From assembly GCA_002633005.1 (NCBI GenBank), contig NMRA01000319.1, forward strand, positions 1 to 40,247: a stretch of 40,247 nt of DNA, read 5' to 3'. This DNA is from Phoronis australis (taxonomy: Eukaryota; Animalia; Phoronida). The translations under genes and the position numbers were made by a program. Positions 1 through 9,853 of this stretch are shown one piece after another; position 1 is the first letter of the stretch; each line of letters opens with the position of its first letter. Under the pieces are notes generated by a model, which saw only the letters and a list, made by a program, of their open reading frames with translations, was not told the origin of the DNA and searched no databases.

Positions 1-236
1 GGCATTAAGATTGATTACCAAAGAATTAAGATGTTTATTTTCACTCTTTGCTCTTTTGATGCCAAACTGAACTGCCTCAATAATAACATGACCCCGAAGT
101 CCCTAAGATTGCTTCACAGCAATTTTGTGTTATTGGTCCGATTCCAAAGTTTTTTTTTAACTATTAGATTTTAGCAACTTCATTGCTCACGCCGTAGTTG
201 ATGTTTCCATTTGTCTGTGATCGCCATTTACAACAG

Positions 237-407
237 GTACTGCACACCTACCCTGGCATGCCAGCCGCTGACAAGCAGGCCCAGGAAGAGCGAGAGCTGA
301 AGGCTCTGGAATGTCTAACCCTCCACTTCCCGGACCTCTGGCGAGGCTCCAAGAGACGACAGCGGTTTAGGAAGGTCTCGACTTATGAACTCCCTTGGAG
401 GAGCCAG
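237..407 (+). CDS. Internal coding exon of an unidentified gene (57 codons, phase 0-0)
   Basis: Acceptor tttacaacag|GTA and donor CAG|gtgcgt bracket a 171-nt open, GC-richer frame: VLHTYPGMPAADKQAQEERELKALECLTLHFPDLWRGSKRRQRFRKVSTYELPWRSQ. Family not recognised. Confidence 0.65.
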
Positions 408-770
408 GTGCGTCATTAGTTGAATGCTGTATTTAAGTTATACGATTTTGTGTGTTCGGTTAGTTTGTAATACAATTTGATGAAATGTGTGCTAGATTGT
501 CTAGTTTTGTCAAAATTATGACAGAAATCATGAAGGATACCTGAAGGTCAATAGAATACAAAGTGAACACATGGGAAAAGCTTAAAATTCGTAGTAGATT
601 AAATAGTAAATTTTCTGAGATGAAATAATAATTTCTTACTTTCCATCTGACAGCATGCAAAGTGTCTAAATTGTTACCTTAACAAGAGCATTGATTAAGA
701 ATAACACTGAACTTCTCAAATTTTACGATAGACTAGGTTTTGCATTGTTTGTGGTGATATTTAGCAGACA

Positions 771-897
771 AAATTCACTTACTACAAACTTTGTTGTGGA
801 GGATTCGGACATTTCCACCTCATTCGTTGAAGAACACCCTTAGCTAATGGCAGAAATGCCCAAATCTTTCATAACAAATGTTCTTAGTAAGTCAGTT
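771..897. repeat. Degenerate palindrome, possible old MITE
   Basis: aattcacttactacaaactttgttgtggaggattcggacatttccacc is an imperfect reverse complement of ggcagaaatgcccaaatctttcataacaaatgttcttagtaagtcagtt. Confidence 0.5.
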
Positions 898-999
898 TCT
901 TAGTTTTATTATTAAATTTTAAGTCTTCACAAAGAAGACTTTACAAGTATTGTAACCACAACTGATTCAGAATCAATTTTGATTTGACCAGTTCTATTA

Positions 1000-1158
1000 C
1001 CGTAATCGTTCGGGTTAACGCCCATGCTCAGTTAACCGCCCATCCCCGACTTTAGGTGGATTTTCGATTTAACCGCCCACTGCTCGGTTAACCGCCCTCC
1101 CCCGATTTTTTGGATTCGCCAATTTAACCGCCCAGGGCGTTAACCCGAACGATTACGG
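1000..1158. mobile_element. Tc1/mariner-pogo-type MITE (159 bp)
   Basis: Perfect TIR ccgtaatcgttcgggttaacgccc / gggcgttaacccgaacgattacgg, TA on both flanks, four internal ttaaccgccc motifs. Confidence 0.85.
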
Positions 1159-1333
1159 TAATACGCATCTCACTTCAGTATGGTATTGTGTCAATTTCAG
1201 CTGAACATTTATCAAGGTCTCAGTCACTTTGGTGTTTTCCTCATGAAACTAGAGCTGAGGGAGAAAGTGCTTGGTAACTCTACCAATAACATGTTTAAGT
1301 AAGTCAGCTGTGTGGTTATGGTAAAAGTGCTTC

Positions 1334-3511
1334 AAACCCTAAACCCAACCCCAACCCTAACCCTAGCTGTAACCCTAACTCTAAACTTAACGCTAACCCT
1401 AACACTAACCCTATATCTAACCCTAAAGCTTTCCCTGAACCTAACCCTAACACTAACCCTAACACTAACTCTATCCCTAAACCTAACCCTCAACCAAACA
1501 CTAACCCTAACCCTAACCATATCCCAAACCCTAAACCTAACCCTAAACCTAACCCTAACGCTAACCCTAGCCCTAACCCTAACCTTCACCCTAACCTTAA
1601 CCCTAATCCCAAAACCTAACCCTAACCTAAACTTCAACCTAACCCTAACGTTAACCCTGATTTCAACCCTAAAGATTACCCTAACACTAACTTTAACCGT
1701 AACCCTTATCCTAACCCTAACCCTTAATCTAACCCATACCTTAACGTCAAACCTAATAGTAAACCTAAAAGCAACAATAACCCTAACTCTAACCCTAAAT
1801 TTAACTATAACCCTAACCCCAACCACAAATGCAACCCCAAACCCAAACCCTAACCCTAACCCTAACCCTGACCCTGACCCTGACCCTGACCCTGANNNNN
1901 NNNNNNNNNNNNNNNNNACCCTGACCCTGACCCTAACCCTAACCCTAAGCCTAACCCTAACCCTAACCCTAACCCTAAAAGCAACAATAACCCTAACCCT
2001 AACCCTAACTTTAACTATAACCCTAACCCCAACTACAAATGCAACCCCAAACCCAAACCCAACCCTAACCCTAACCCCAACTCTAATGCTAAAAATTACC
2101 CTATCACTAACCCTAACCCTAACCCTGATAACAACCGCATGGTTAGGATTAGGGTTATATTTAGAATTACCCTATCACAAACCCTAACCCTAAAAACAAG
2201 CCTATGGTTAGGATTAGGGTTATATTTAGAATTACCCTATCACTAACCCTAACCCTAACCCTAAAAACAACCCTATGGTTAGGATTAGGGTTATATTTAG
2301 AGTGACGTTTAGGATTAGAGTTAGGGTTAGGGTTAGGGTTGGGTTTGGGTTTGGGGTTGGGTTTGTAGTTGAGGTTAGGGTTATAATTAGATTTAATGTC
2401 AGGGTTAGGGTCAGGGTTAGGGTTAGGCTTAGGGTGAGGGTTAGGGTTAGGTTAGTGTTAGTGTTAGGGTTAGGGATATGTTTAGGGTTAGGATTAGGGT
2501 TAGGGTTAGGATTAGGTTAGGTTGAGGGTTCGGGTTAGGGTTAGTGTTAGGGAAAGGCTTAGGGTTAGGTTTAGGGTTAAGTTTAGGGTCAAGGTTAGGG
2601 TTATTTTTAGGGTTCGGATTAGTGTTGACGTTAGTGCTACCGTTAGTGTTAGGGTGAGGCTTAAGTTTAGAGTTAGGGTTATTTTTAGGGTTAGGATTAG
2701 GTTTTACGTTAGGGTTATTTTTAGGCTTAGGTTTAGGGTTCGGTTAGGGTTAGGGTTAGGGTTAGGTTTAGGGTTAGTTTTAGGTTTAGGTTATTGTAGG
2801 GGTTAGGGTAAAGTGTAGGGTTAGTGTTAGGTTAAGGGTTGGGGCTAGGTTTGGGGTTATGGTTACGCTTGGGGTTATGTTTGAGGTTGGGTTTAGCGTT
2901 GGGCTTAGGGTTGGGTTTAGGGTTGGTTTTAGGACAAGGGCTAGGGCTAGGGCAAGGGCTAGGACTGGGGCTAGGGCTAATGCTAGGGCTAGGGTTAGGG
3001 CTAGGACTAGGGCTAAGGCTACGGCTAGGATTGGGGCTATTGCTAGCGCTATGGATAGGGCTAGGTCTTTGGCTAGGGCTAGGTCTAGGGCTAGGTCTCG
3101 GGCTTGGGTTAGGTTTTGGGTTAGGGTTAGGGGAGTTAGGCTGTTAACGTTGTTATGGTTAGGGCTGGGTTTGGGGTTGGGATTGGGTTTGGGCTTGGGT
3201 TTGGGTTTGGGATTGGTTTTATGGTTAGGGTTAGTGTTAGGGTTGGGGCTAGGGTTATGGTTAGGTTTACCGTTACGTTTATGGCTAGGGTTAGGGTAAG
3301 GGCTAGGTCTAGTGTTATGTCTAGGCCTAAGGTTACGGTTAGGTTTGAAGTTTAGGTTTAGGGTTAACTTTAGGGTTAGGGTTAGGGTTAAGGTTGGGAT
3401 TAGGGATAGGGTTAAGTTCAGGGTTGGGGTTGAGGTTGGTTTTGGGGTTAGGACTATTGTAAGGGTTAGTGTTAGGGTTAAGGTTAGTGTTAGGGTTAGG
3501 GTTAGGATTAG
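1334..3511. repeat. Interstitial degenerate telomere-like array, (CCCTAA)n then (TTAGGG)n back-to-back
   Basis: C-rich hexamers 1334-~2130 and G-rich hexamers ~2275-3511, with variants (CCCTGA, CTAGGG, TTGGGG, TTAGTG). 22-N gap at 1896-1917. Confidence 0.95.
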
Positions 3512-3990
3512 AAGATTCTATCCAGGTCAACATCTAAGGCTGACGACGCCTACTTATCTGCTGCTGATAGCCACTTGATTCGCTCCTTCTTTGCCGTATC
3601 TGGTGGACCTGCTTAACTGGCTGGGATTCGATTCCGAAATACTTCACCTTCTCCTACTAATGCTTCCGTCTGTTGCACGTCATCTTGCCTTTGTGGATTT
3701 TCAACCCTCTTATATGCTTCAGAATCTTTCCACACACACACAAGTTCTTGATGCTAAATCGGTCTTCGTAATCGTAGTCCTATTTGGTCAGGTCGTTGCC
3801 GTTTGTGGTCTGTCGTTGGACTCTTGTTGCATCCTCCCTCTGGGAGAGTCTTGAGGTTGTCTTTCTGATAATTTGGATGTTACGGTATGAATGGGTGTGT
3901 TTTCGCTAACACTTCAGACGGACAGCTAATCCGAGCTGAGCTCGATGCTACTTTTCCAAGCTGTTATTAATCTCTCCCGATGTCTATTCA
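3511..3990 (-). mobile_element. HERO-like (RLE non-LTR) retrotransposon: 5' region and N-terminus, decayed and truncated
   Basis: Zinc finger CVCGKILKHIRGLKIHKGKMTC (3740-3675) and KERIKWLSAADK*ASSALDVDLDRIF match the N-terminus of HERO-clade ORFs as I recall it. In-frame stops; ends abruptly at the telomeric array. Confidence 0.7.
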
Positions 3991-4019
3991 GATTCGCCGA
4001 TAACTAGAATTTACCTTAA

Positions 4020-4610
4020 ACACGTGATGGAACTGTGCTCAACCGTCATCTTCAGTTGGTCTCCTACTGTTCTTAGTGGTTTCGTCCCTAAACTAAGACC
4101 ATCTCTAGTAGGCAGGTCAACAGAGTTGATCAGGCTCTGCCCGACGGTTGTTGATGGTATTGCTGTTGGTGCTTCATCCAAATCCAACAACATGCCTGTT
4201 CAGCTTCGATGGCCACATCGCGTAGAAGAGCCTTCTTTCCTGCCACAGAGACACCTAGAGACGTCGCCATAGTAGTGACTCAACTGGCAGGAAAACCACG
4301 GCAGTCAACCTCCACAGAAAATCTTCAACACCTCCAGCCGTTAACGTGGCAGTCACTCTTCAGTTCTGTGTACTTCAGGTTCTTCCTCACACGTGCCCTA
4401 CTCTCTCACGAATTGGTGAGCTCGATCAGAATGATCTGGTGGGAACCGTCCGAATAAAGGACCAAATCAGGGCGCTGGGTAGTCTGGACAATGTGCTGTG
4501 GGAAGGATGACTGGTGACCGGCAAGATCAACTCACATTTTCCAGTCGTTGGCTGTGAGTAGGCCACAAGTCTTCTGTGATCCTGGTGAGCATGAGACTTG
4601 TTCCCGGTTA
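4020..4610 (-). mobile_element. HERO-like retrotransposon: C-terminal restriction-like endonuclease and 3' UTR, decayed
   Basis: GLLTANDWKM*VDL...FPQHIVQTTQRPDLVLYSDGSHQIILIELT...KYTEL...VEVDCRGF...AEQACCWIWMK carries the RPD..IELT RLE motif. Terminal TGA at 4132-4130. Confidence 0.85.
4044..4112 (-). ncRNA. Candidate rearranged (non-circularly permuted) hammerhead ribozyme in the HERO 3' UTR
   Basis: Minus strand: CCTACT-AGAGA-TGGTC-TTAGTTT-AGGGAC-GAAACCA-CTAAGAAC-AGTAGG-AGACCAA-CTGAAGA-TGAC. Contains GUC, GAAA and CUGAAGA; stem III UGGU/ACCA; stem I 6 of 7 paired; outer helix CCUACU/AGUAGG; stem II weak. Confidence 0.5.
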
Positions 4611-4619
4611 TCACGTTAA

Positions 4620-5075
4620 TTTCTGTTAGGTGCAAGAGCTGTGAGCCGACCTTATGAATAGAGACATGCGCACACCCAGGGGGGCTTGGGGGGATCGAAC
4701 GAGTCCCCATCTGGTGAAGTGGGTAAAAAGGTCCGCCTCCAAGAAACAAAACGTCCAAAAAATAGAGACAAATGTCCACTAAAAAGGCACAGACGCACAG
4801 TTCACAGATCGGAAGGTGGTACCATGCTTTTTTAGTCCTCCCGTTTTTTTGTTAGCGAAAGGTCCACCTTGTCAAAGATTCGAGCCCCCATATTAAAGGG
4901 CGGGCGCGCACATGTAGACATGCAACCTACTTGTTCAATAACTGCAAGTTATGCTTTTGTCACTTAGAGGAGTCCATGTTCATGAATCCTCGTATGAAGA
5001 ACAAGCTGGTATGGAACGCTGTGCCAACAATATTAGAAGTTCCAAATCCACCAAAAATGAAGATATCGGAAAATT
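4620..5075 (+). pseudogene. THAP zinc-finger fragment (hAT/P-type transposase N-terminus), interrupted by a MITE
   Basis: ADLMNR [MITE] HATYLFNNCKLCFCHLEESMFMNPRMKNKLVWNAVPTILEVPNPP contains the C..H and AVPT motifs of THAP domains. Confidence 0.6.
4665..4914 (+). mobile_element. hAT-like MITE, copy 1
   Basis: Imperfect TIR catgcgcacaccc / gggcgcgcacatg. Internal sequence is collinear with the reverse complement of 14114-14359. Confidence 0.7.
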
Positions 5076-5427
5076 TCCGGAAATTACGTAGATTACGGCT
5101 CTGCAATAGACTTAATTGCATGCCTGATTATTGTCTCTCAAAGCAAGTATTTTACTACGTCATCACGCGTAGACAGGACAATTGGTCAAAACCTGTTTTT
5201 ATTATGGTCGATTACAATGAAACGTTTAATGAGAGGTTCGCCTGTGATTTGGAGAGAGTCAAAGTGAAACTGGTGGATCTTTCAGAGTCTGAATTAAGGG
5301 CTGACATTTTTATCAAACCCAAGAAAAATTATTTAAAACAAACTATGAAACTGAAAAACTTAACATTTCTGGAGAAAAAACTTCCTATTATCTAAATTTA
5401 GAAGTTGAGTATGAGCCGATTCTAAGA

Positions 5428-6705
5428 AAGTCGGGCTTCATACGCTTTCTCTTTCTGTTTAAGCAAATCACGGAAAGCTTTCTTTTTTACTTTATACATG
5501 TTAAGGTAAAAGACAGAAGAGTTTTTACAAAACAGTTTTAAAGACCATATTTTGCTCGTTTGGCCAAAGCCAATTCATCATCCCACCAGGGTGGCTGCTT
5601 TGTCCGAGAGTTTTGGTTTACTTTAGTTTTACTATTCGTAGATGTACGAGTTTTCATGGTAGATACGGCCGACTGCCACAGCAAATCTGTTATGGATCTG
5701 ACCACATTATTTAGATTGCCACTAGCCACCGAGCTATCCATGGCCGCCGTACAATTCTCAGCGCCAGTTGAAAAAACATGAGAGAATGCCGGTTCATTAG
5801 AGCTCTGCCACTGAATCCGGCTATTCGGGTGTAACAATGGAACCATAGGAGGATTGATCTCTGACCTGCAACACCTAAACTTACAAATAACTGGCAGATG
5901 ATCAGATTCATCCCATTCATCCACAGAAAATCCCTTACTAAATCAAATAGTTGTGTAGATAATAATACATAATCCACTAAACTACGTCCACCTACCGGCA
6001 GACAGGTAAACTCACGCCTAGTGTCACCGGTGAAACGACCGTAGACAATATGAATACTAAGTTCGTGACATAACTCAATGAGAGTTTTACCAAAATTGTT
6101 TACAATTTCGTCCTTAGAATTCCTAAGCAAATTAAATGTATCCGCTTCGTACCAGTCCTGGCATGGCAAATATTTTGGGCTATCATCTAAAAACAAGCCT
6201 ACCATATTCCCTGTTCTGGCATTGAGATCGCCCACAATAGCCAACGAACAATCACTGAAACGATCAGTCAAGCTGGTAATCTCTCTATGCAACAATAATA
6301 CACCGCTGTTCCCTGGTAAACCAGTGCCATTTAAATATGAACTTGAACCTTCAAAGAACATCAAAACATCATGAACAACACCAAATAGTTCCCTCTCGCA
6401 CTTCAAACAGATACCAAAGGGAAACTGTAAATGTATATGCGCTTGAAATATTTAGAAATTGACTGTTTAATGAAAATACTAACGCCTCCAGAGTATCTAG
6501 CTTTTCTTTTTTTCAAATTATAACATAGATTAAACGAGTCATAGCCTGACAGCTGAAATTGATCTGAGAGTTTTGCCCATGTTTCACATATACAAATTAT
6601 GTCGTAAGTAGATAAGTACATTTGGACATCGTCCCTATTTTATTTTCTAATCCTTGTGCATTCCAAGAAACCATTGAAAGTGTAGGGTCGTGGCCTGACC
6701 ACTAG
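5428..6705 (-). mobile_element. RTEX-like LINE ORF2: APE endonuclease region, decayed (inverted 5' half)
   Basis: MVSWNAQGL, YDIICICETW, RYSGGVSIFIK, IVGDLNARTG, GRSLVDYVL, ESDHLPV, PPWWDDE. Frameshifts present. Confidence 0.9.
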
Positions 6706-7157
6706 TAACCTGCTGTGCCATTCACTTCAGGTCCGTAAACACCAGTTTCCGGGGGTTGTCCAGAAACCATAACCATGGGCTTGTGCTCCATCACCTCGTC
6801 TAATTCGATATTGTACACATAAACACGACCTTGATATATTAATTTGTCTCACCTAATCTTTTATCCAGTTCTTACCACGTGAGAATTCATACAGACGCCG
6901 CTCGCCTTCTTCACAGCTGCGGAGAAGTCCTGAGTGACGAAGATATCAGTGTTATTGTTCTTCTTACTCTCTAGAACCTTGTCTTTATCTTTAGACCTCA
7001 TTTTTGTGATTATCGGGCGATGCTTGTTTGCAGTTTTGGGGCCAAGTTTGTGAGCTCATTCGATTATGACACCATCAACATCCAGGCAGTCCTTCAAAAA
7101 GTCGGTAACTTTGGACTCAGACTTTATTTATTGTAATAATAATAATAATTATTATTA

Positions 7158-7197
<40 letters not shown>

Positions 7198-7882
7198 GTG
7201 ATATTTAAAATGAGGGTGGCCTCTTCAGTGATAGCACTGCTTTCCAAGAGGGCCCTCAACAAGAAAAACAGTAATATAATACAATGAAGTAATAAAACAA
7301 CAATAATGAAATATACGCAACAAAGATACAATTAAAACAGGTAAGGTTGAGAATTAAGACAATAATTAAATGACAAATAATGGTAAAAGTTTAACTAAGA
7401 CAGATGAAATAAATTAAGAGATGACTCTAGACAATGAGAGTATTTACGACAATGAAAAAATGACACGATTAAGACAGGCAGGGTATAAAAGGTTAAGTAA
7501 ATTACAGCCACTTTTTAACATTAACTTTAAAGGTAGTAATTGAATTGAACTGTTCCCACGATTCATGATTCTCCTCTGGTATGCCATGAAAGATCAAGTT
7601 GTCGCGTCTTGATCGATTCTCTGGGTCGTCTAATTTAGACTCAAGATTTTTCACCTTTTCTTGTAGACGACGGTTTTCCTCTCGTGTTGCGTAGTAATCT
7701 TGTCGCAGAGCATCTAGTTCTTTAAATACATCCTAATTCAAGTTCTCAAATTTATCGTTCAAAAGTTTCAATAGCTCTCTGTTAGAAATGTCAGAACTAC
7801 CGTAGAAGAGTCCGGTTATTAGATAAGACGTGATCCCCCGGGTTTGTGGCCTACTACTGATTGGACTGTTCTTGGGAGGCAT
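6706..7882 (-). mobile_element. ORF1 of the same LINE (coiled-coil plus L1-type RRM), split by an insertion
   Basis: MPPKNSP...LQEKVKNLESKLDDPENRSRRDNLIFHGIPEENHESWEQ | SESKVTDFLKDCL...AHKLG...RPIITKM...IFVTQDFS. The frame resumes across the 7124-7548 insertion. Confidence 0.8.
7124..7548 (-). mobile_element. 5'-truncated L2/CR1-type 3' end with (AAT)n tail, nested in ORF1
   Basis: Stem-loop gagggccctc...ccaccctc followed by an AAT/ATT microsatellite (7132-7197). ACT occurs at both junctions. A related 3' end lies at 24404-24520. Confidence 0.6.
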
Positions 7883-8165
7883 GGTGAGACATCATTTACG
7901 TAATAGTAGTTTCACAATCGATGTAGGTCGAGAATATCAAAATGTCCGACCACTACTCTTTCAGCAATGACAGAGCGACAGCTCAAAGTTTGCAGTAACA
8001 GATAATAAAAACACGCATGGGACTTAACTCACCAAAGAGCACCACCACAAATAAAAGTCTTTCTGGCTTGATAACAATTAAAGTGCAGAAACCAGGTTAC
8101 GAGTGCATGAAACATAAAATTAGGGAGAGACAAACTTCAAGCGTGGCAATACTGCGACAAGGCCT

Positions 8166-9500
8166 GCCCGACTTATTGAAGCCATTAAACGTTCCAAAAA
8201 TAACCCTAAGGAGTTCTGGCAAATAATTAAATCCAATATTTGGACATCCCCTATGTCTTCTACAATTAGTCCGCAGAAATGGCACGACTATTTCAAGGAT
8301 TTATTGAATCAAAACTGCTCTATTGACGAGTCCTTGAGTCAATTTGCCGCGCAGGAAATGATTGAACATGATACATGTACAGTAGTTCGTGTGAAAAGTG
8401 CAGTAACAATTTCCCATCTGATCTTAATACTGACTTCTTGCCTTCTGAAATATATGAGGCCATTGAACAATTGCCTAACGGCAAGGCTGTGGGTTATGAT
8501 GGCGTGATCTTTGAAATGCTGAAGTGCACAAAGATAACTATAGCGTCAGTCTTGCATAAGATATTTAATGCAATATTTGATTCTGGGTATTATCCCTAGA
8601 CATGGTGTGACGCAGTGCTTACTCCAGTACATAAACAAGGTAATATCAATGACGGAAATAACTATAGAGGTATCTCCCTGTTGTCTGTTTTGGAAAAACT
8701 TTTTACTAAACTTTTAAATAATCGTCTTTATTACTTGGCTGAAAATAATGATAAACTTTATGAGTTCTTAAGCTGGGTTTAGAAATGGCTACTCTACGAT
8801 TGACCAAGTGTTTACACTTCAAGCTATGTGCCACAAGTATTTGAGTCGGCGGGGTGGGAGATTTTACTGTGCTTTTGTAGATTTCTCGAAGGCATTCAAT
8901 CGAATCCCACATAATTTACTCTTCCATAGATTGAAAAACATTGATGTGCATGGTAAAATTTTCAACATAATCCGCTCTATGTATAGTAAGTTGCGCACTT
9001 GAGTGAAAACTCAAGATGGTCTTACAGAGTTCTTTGATTGTAATGTTGGTACTCGCCAGTGTTGCATGATCAGCCTAATCATATTTGTGTTGTATCTAAA
9101 TGAATTTCTGGATATATGAGTGTGAAAAGTAATATTAATAGCACATATCTCAGCGAACTAGTGCTAAGAGTTAACTCCCTACTGTTCGCAGGCGATATGG
9201 TGTTATGTCCGTCTACCGCCATCCACTTACAACGTATGCTTAATTGTTTGGCAAGAATTTTGCAAATCATGGGGCACGCTAGTAAACTTGAAAAAACTTA
9301 GGTGGTCGTTTTCAGAAATGGTGGTCCCCTTAGACGATATGATAAATGGTTTTACAATGGAACATTGGTTGATGTGGTGCCTCATTACAAATACCTTGGA
9401 CTACTCATTACTCCAAAAGTTTCGTGGACCAAAGCCATTAGAGCCTTATCTATTCAAGCAAATAAAGCTGCCTCTGCATCTCTTCGTTTTCCCCTGACAT
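8166..9500 (+). mobile_element. RTEX-like LINE ORF2: reverse transcriptase region, decayed and 3'-truncated
   Basis: NNPKEFW, GKAVGYDG, NYRGISLLS, GFRNGYSTIDQVFTL, FVDFSKAF, GTRQCCMIS, LLFAGD (decayed FADD), YKYLG. Confidence 0.9.
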
Positions 9501-9689
9501 AATTTTATTACGCTAATTACTATCATGCGACCCCATCGGTACATGTATTTTACAATGTCCAAAAGTCATATGGTCATTTTAGGAGGACTTTAAATGAAAG
9601 CTCTGTGCATTCATATAATAAAAATCTTTTAAAACTATGATATTATATCTGTATCGTGTCACTATCAGAGAAATAATTAATAAGGATTA

Positions 9690-9853
9690 GTGCGAATCCG
9701 AGGCGCGTAGCGCCGAGTCGGGGGGGGGGAGGTGTAAGACTTTTTTGTTTTTTGTAGCCGAATTCGTTCCTTGCGCCTTTTTGAAATTTTTATTTTGACC
9801 GTGTCCCACGGGGATTAAACCCCCTGAACCCCCCCACATAGATCCGCCTCTGT
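9690..9853 (-). mobile_element. hAT-like MITE fragment
   Basis: GC-rich island ending ...cccccacatagatccgcctctg (reverse complement CAGAGGCGGATCT..GGGGG), typical of such termini. No partner TIR seen. Confidence 0.4.

Noticed and set aside
1760-2075. Direct duplication around the N-run at 1896-1917
   Set aside because: Probably contig-end overlap at a gap within a repeat; cannot be treated as biological.
1334-3511. Telomere-telomere chromosome fusion scar
   Set aside because: Polarity is C-rich then G-rich, the reverse of a fusion junction.
1312-3578. Long ORFs (LTLTLT, VRVRVR, LGLGLG)
   Set aside because: These are stop-free translations of telomeric hexamers, with no evidence of coding.
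4931-5395. 154-aa ORF as an intact gene
   Set aside because: Only the first ~45 aa are THAP-like, the start is non-ATG and the upstream part is interrupted by a MITE.
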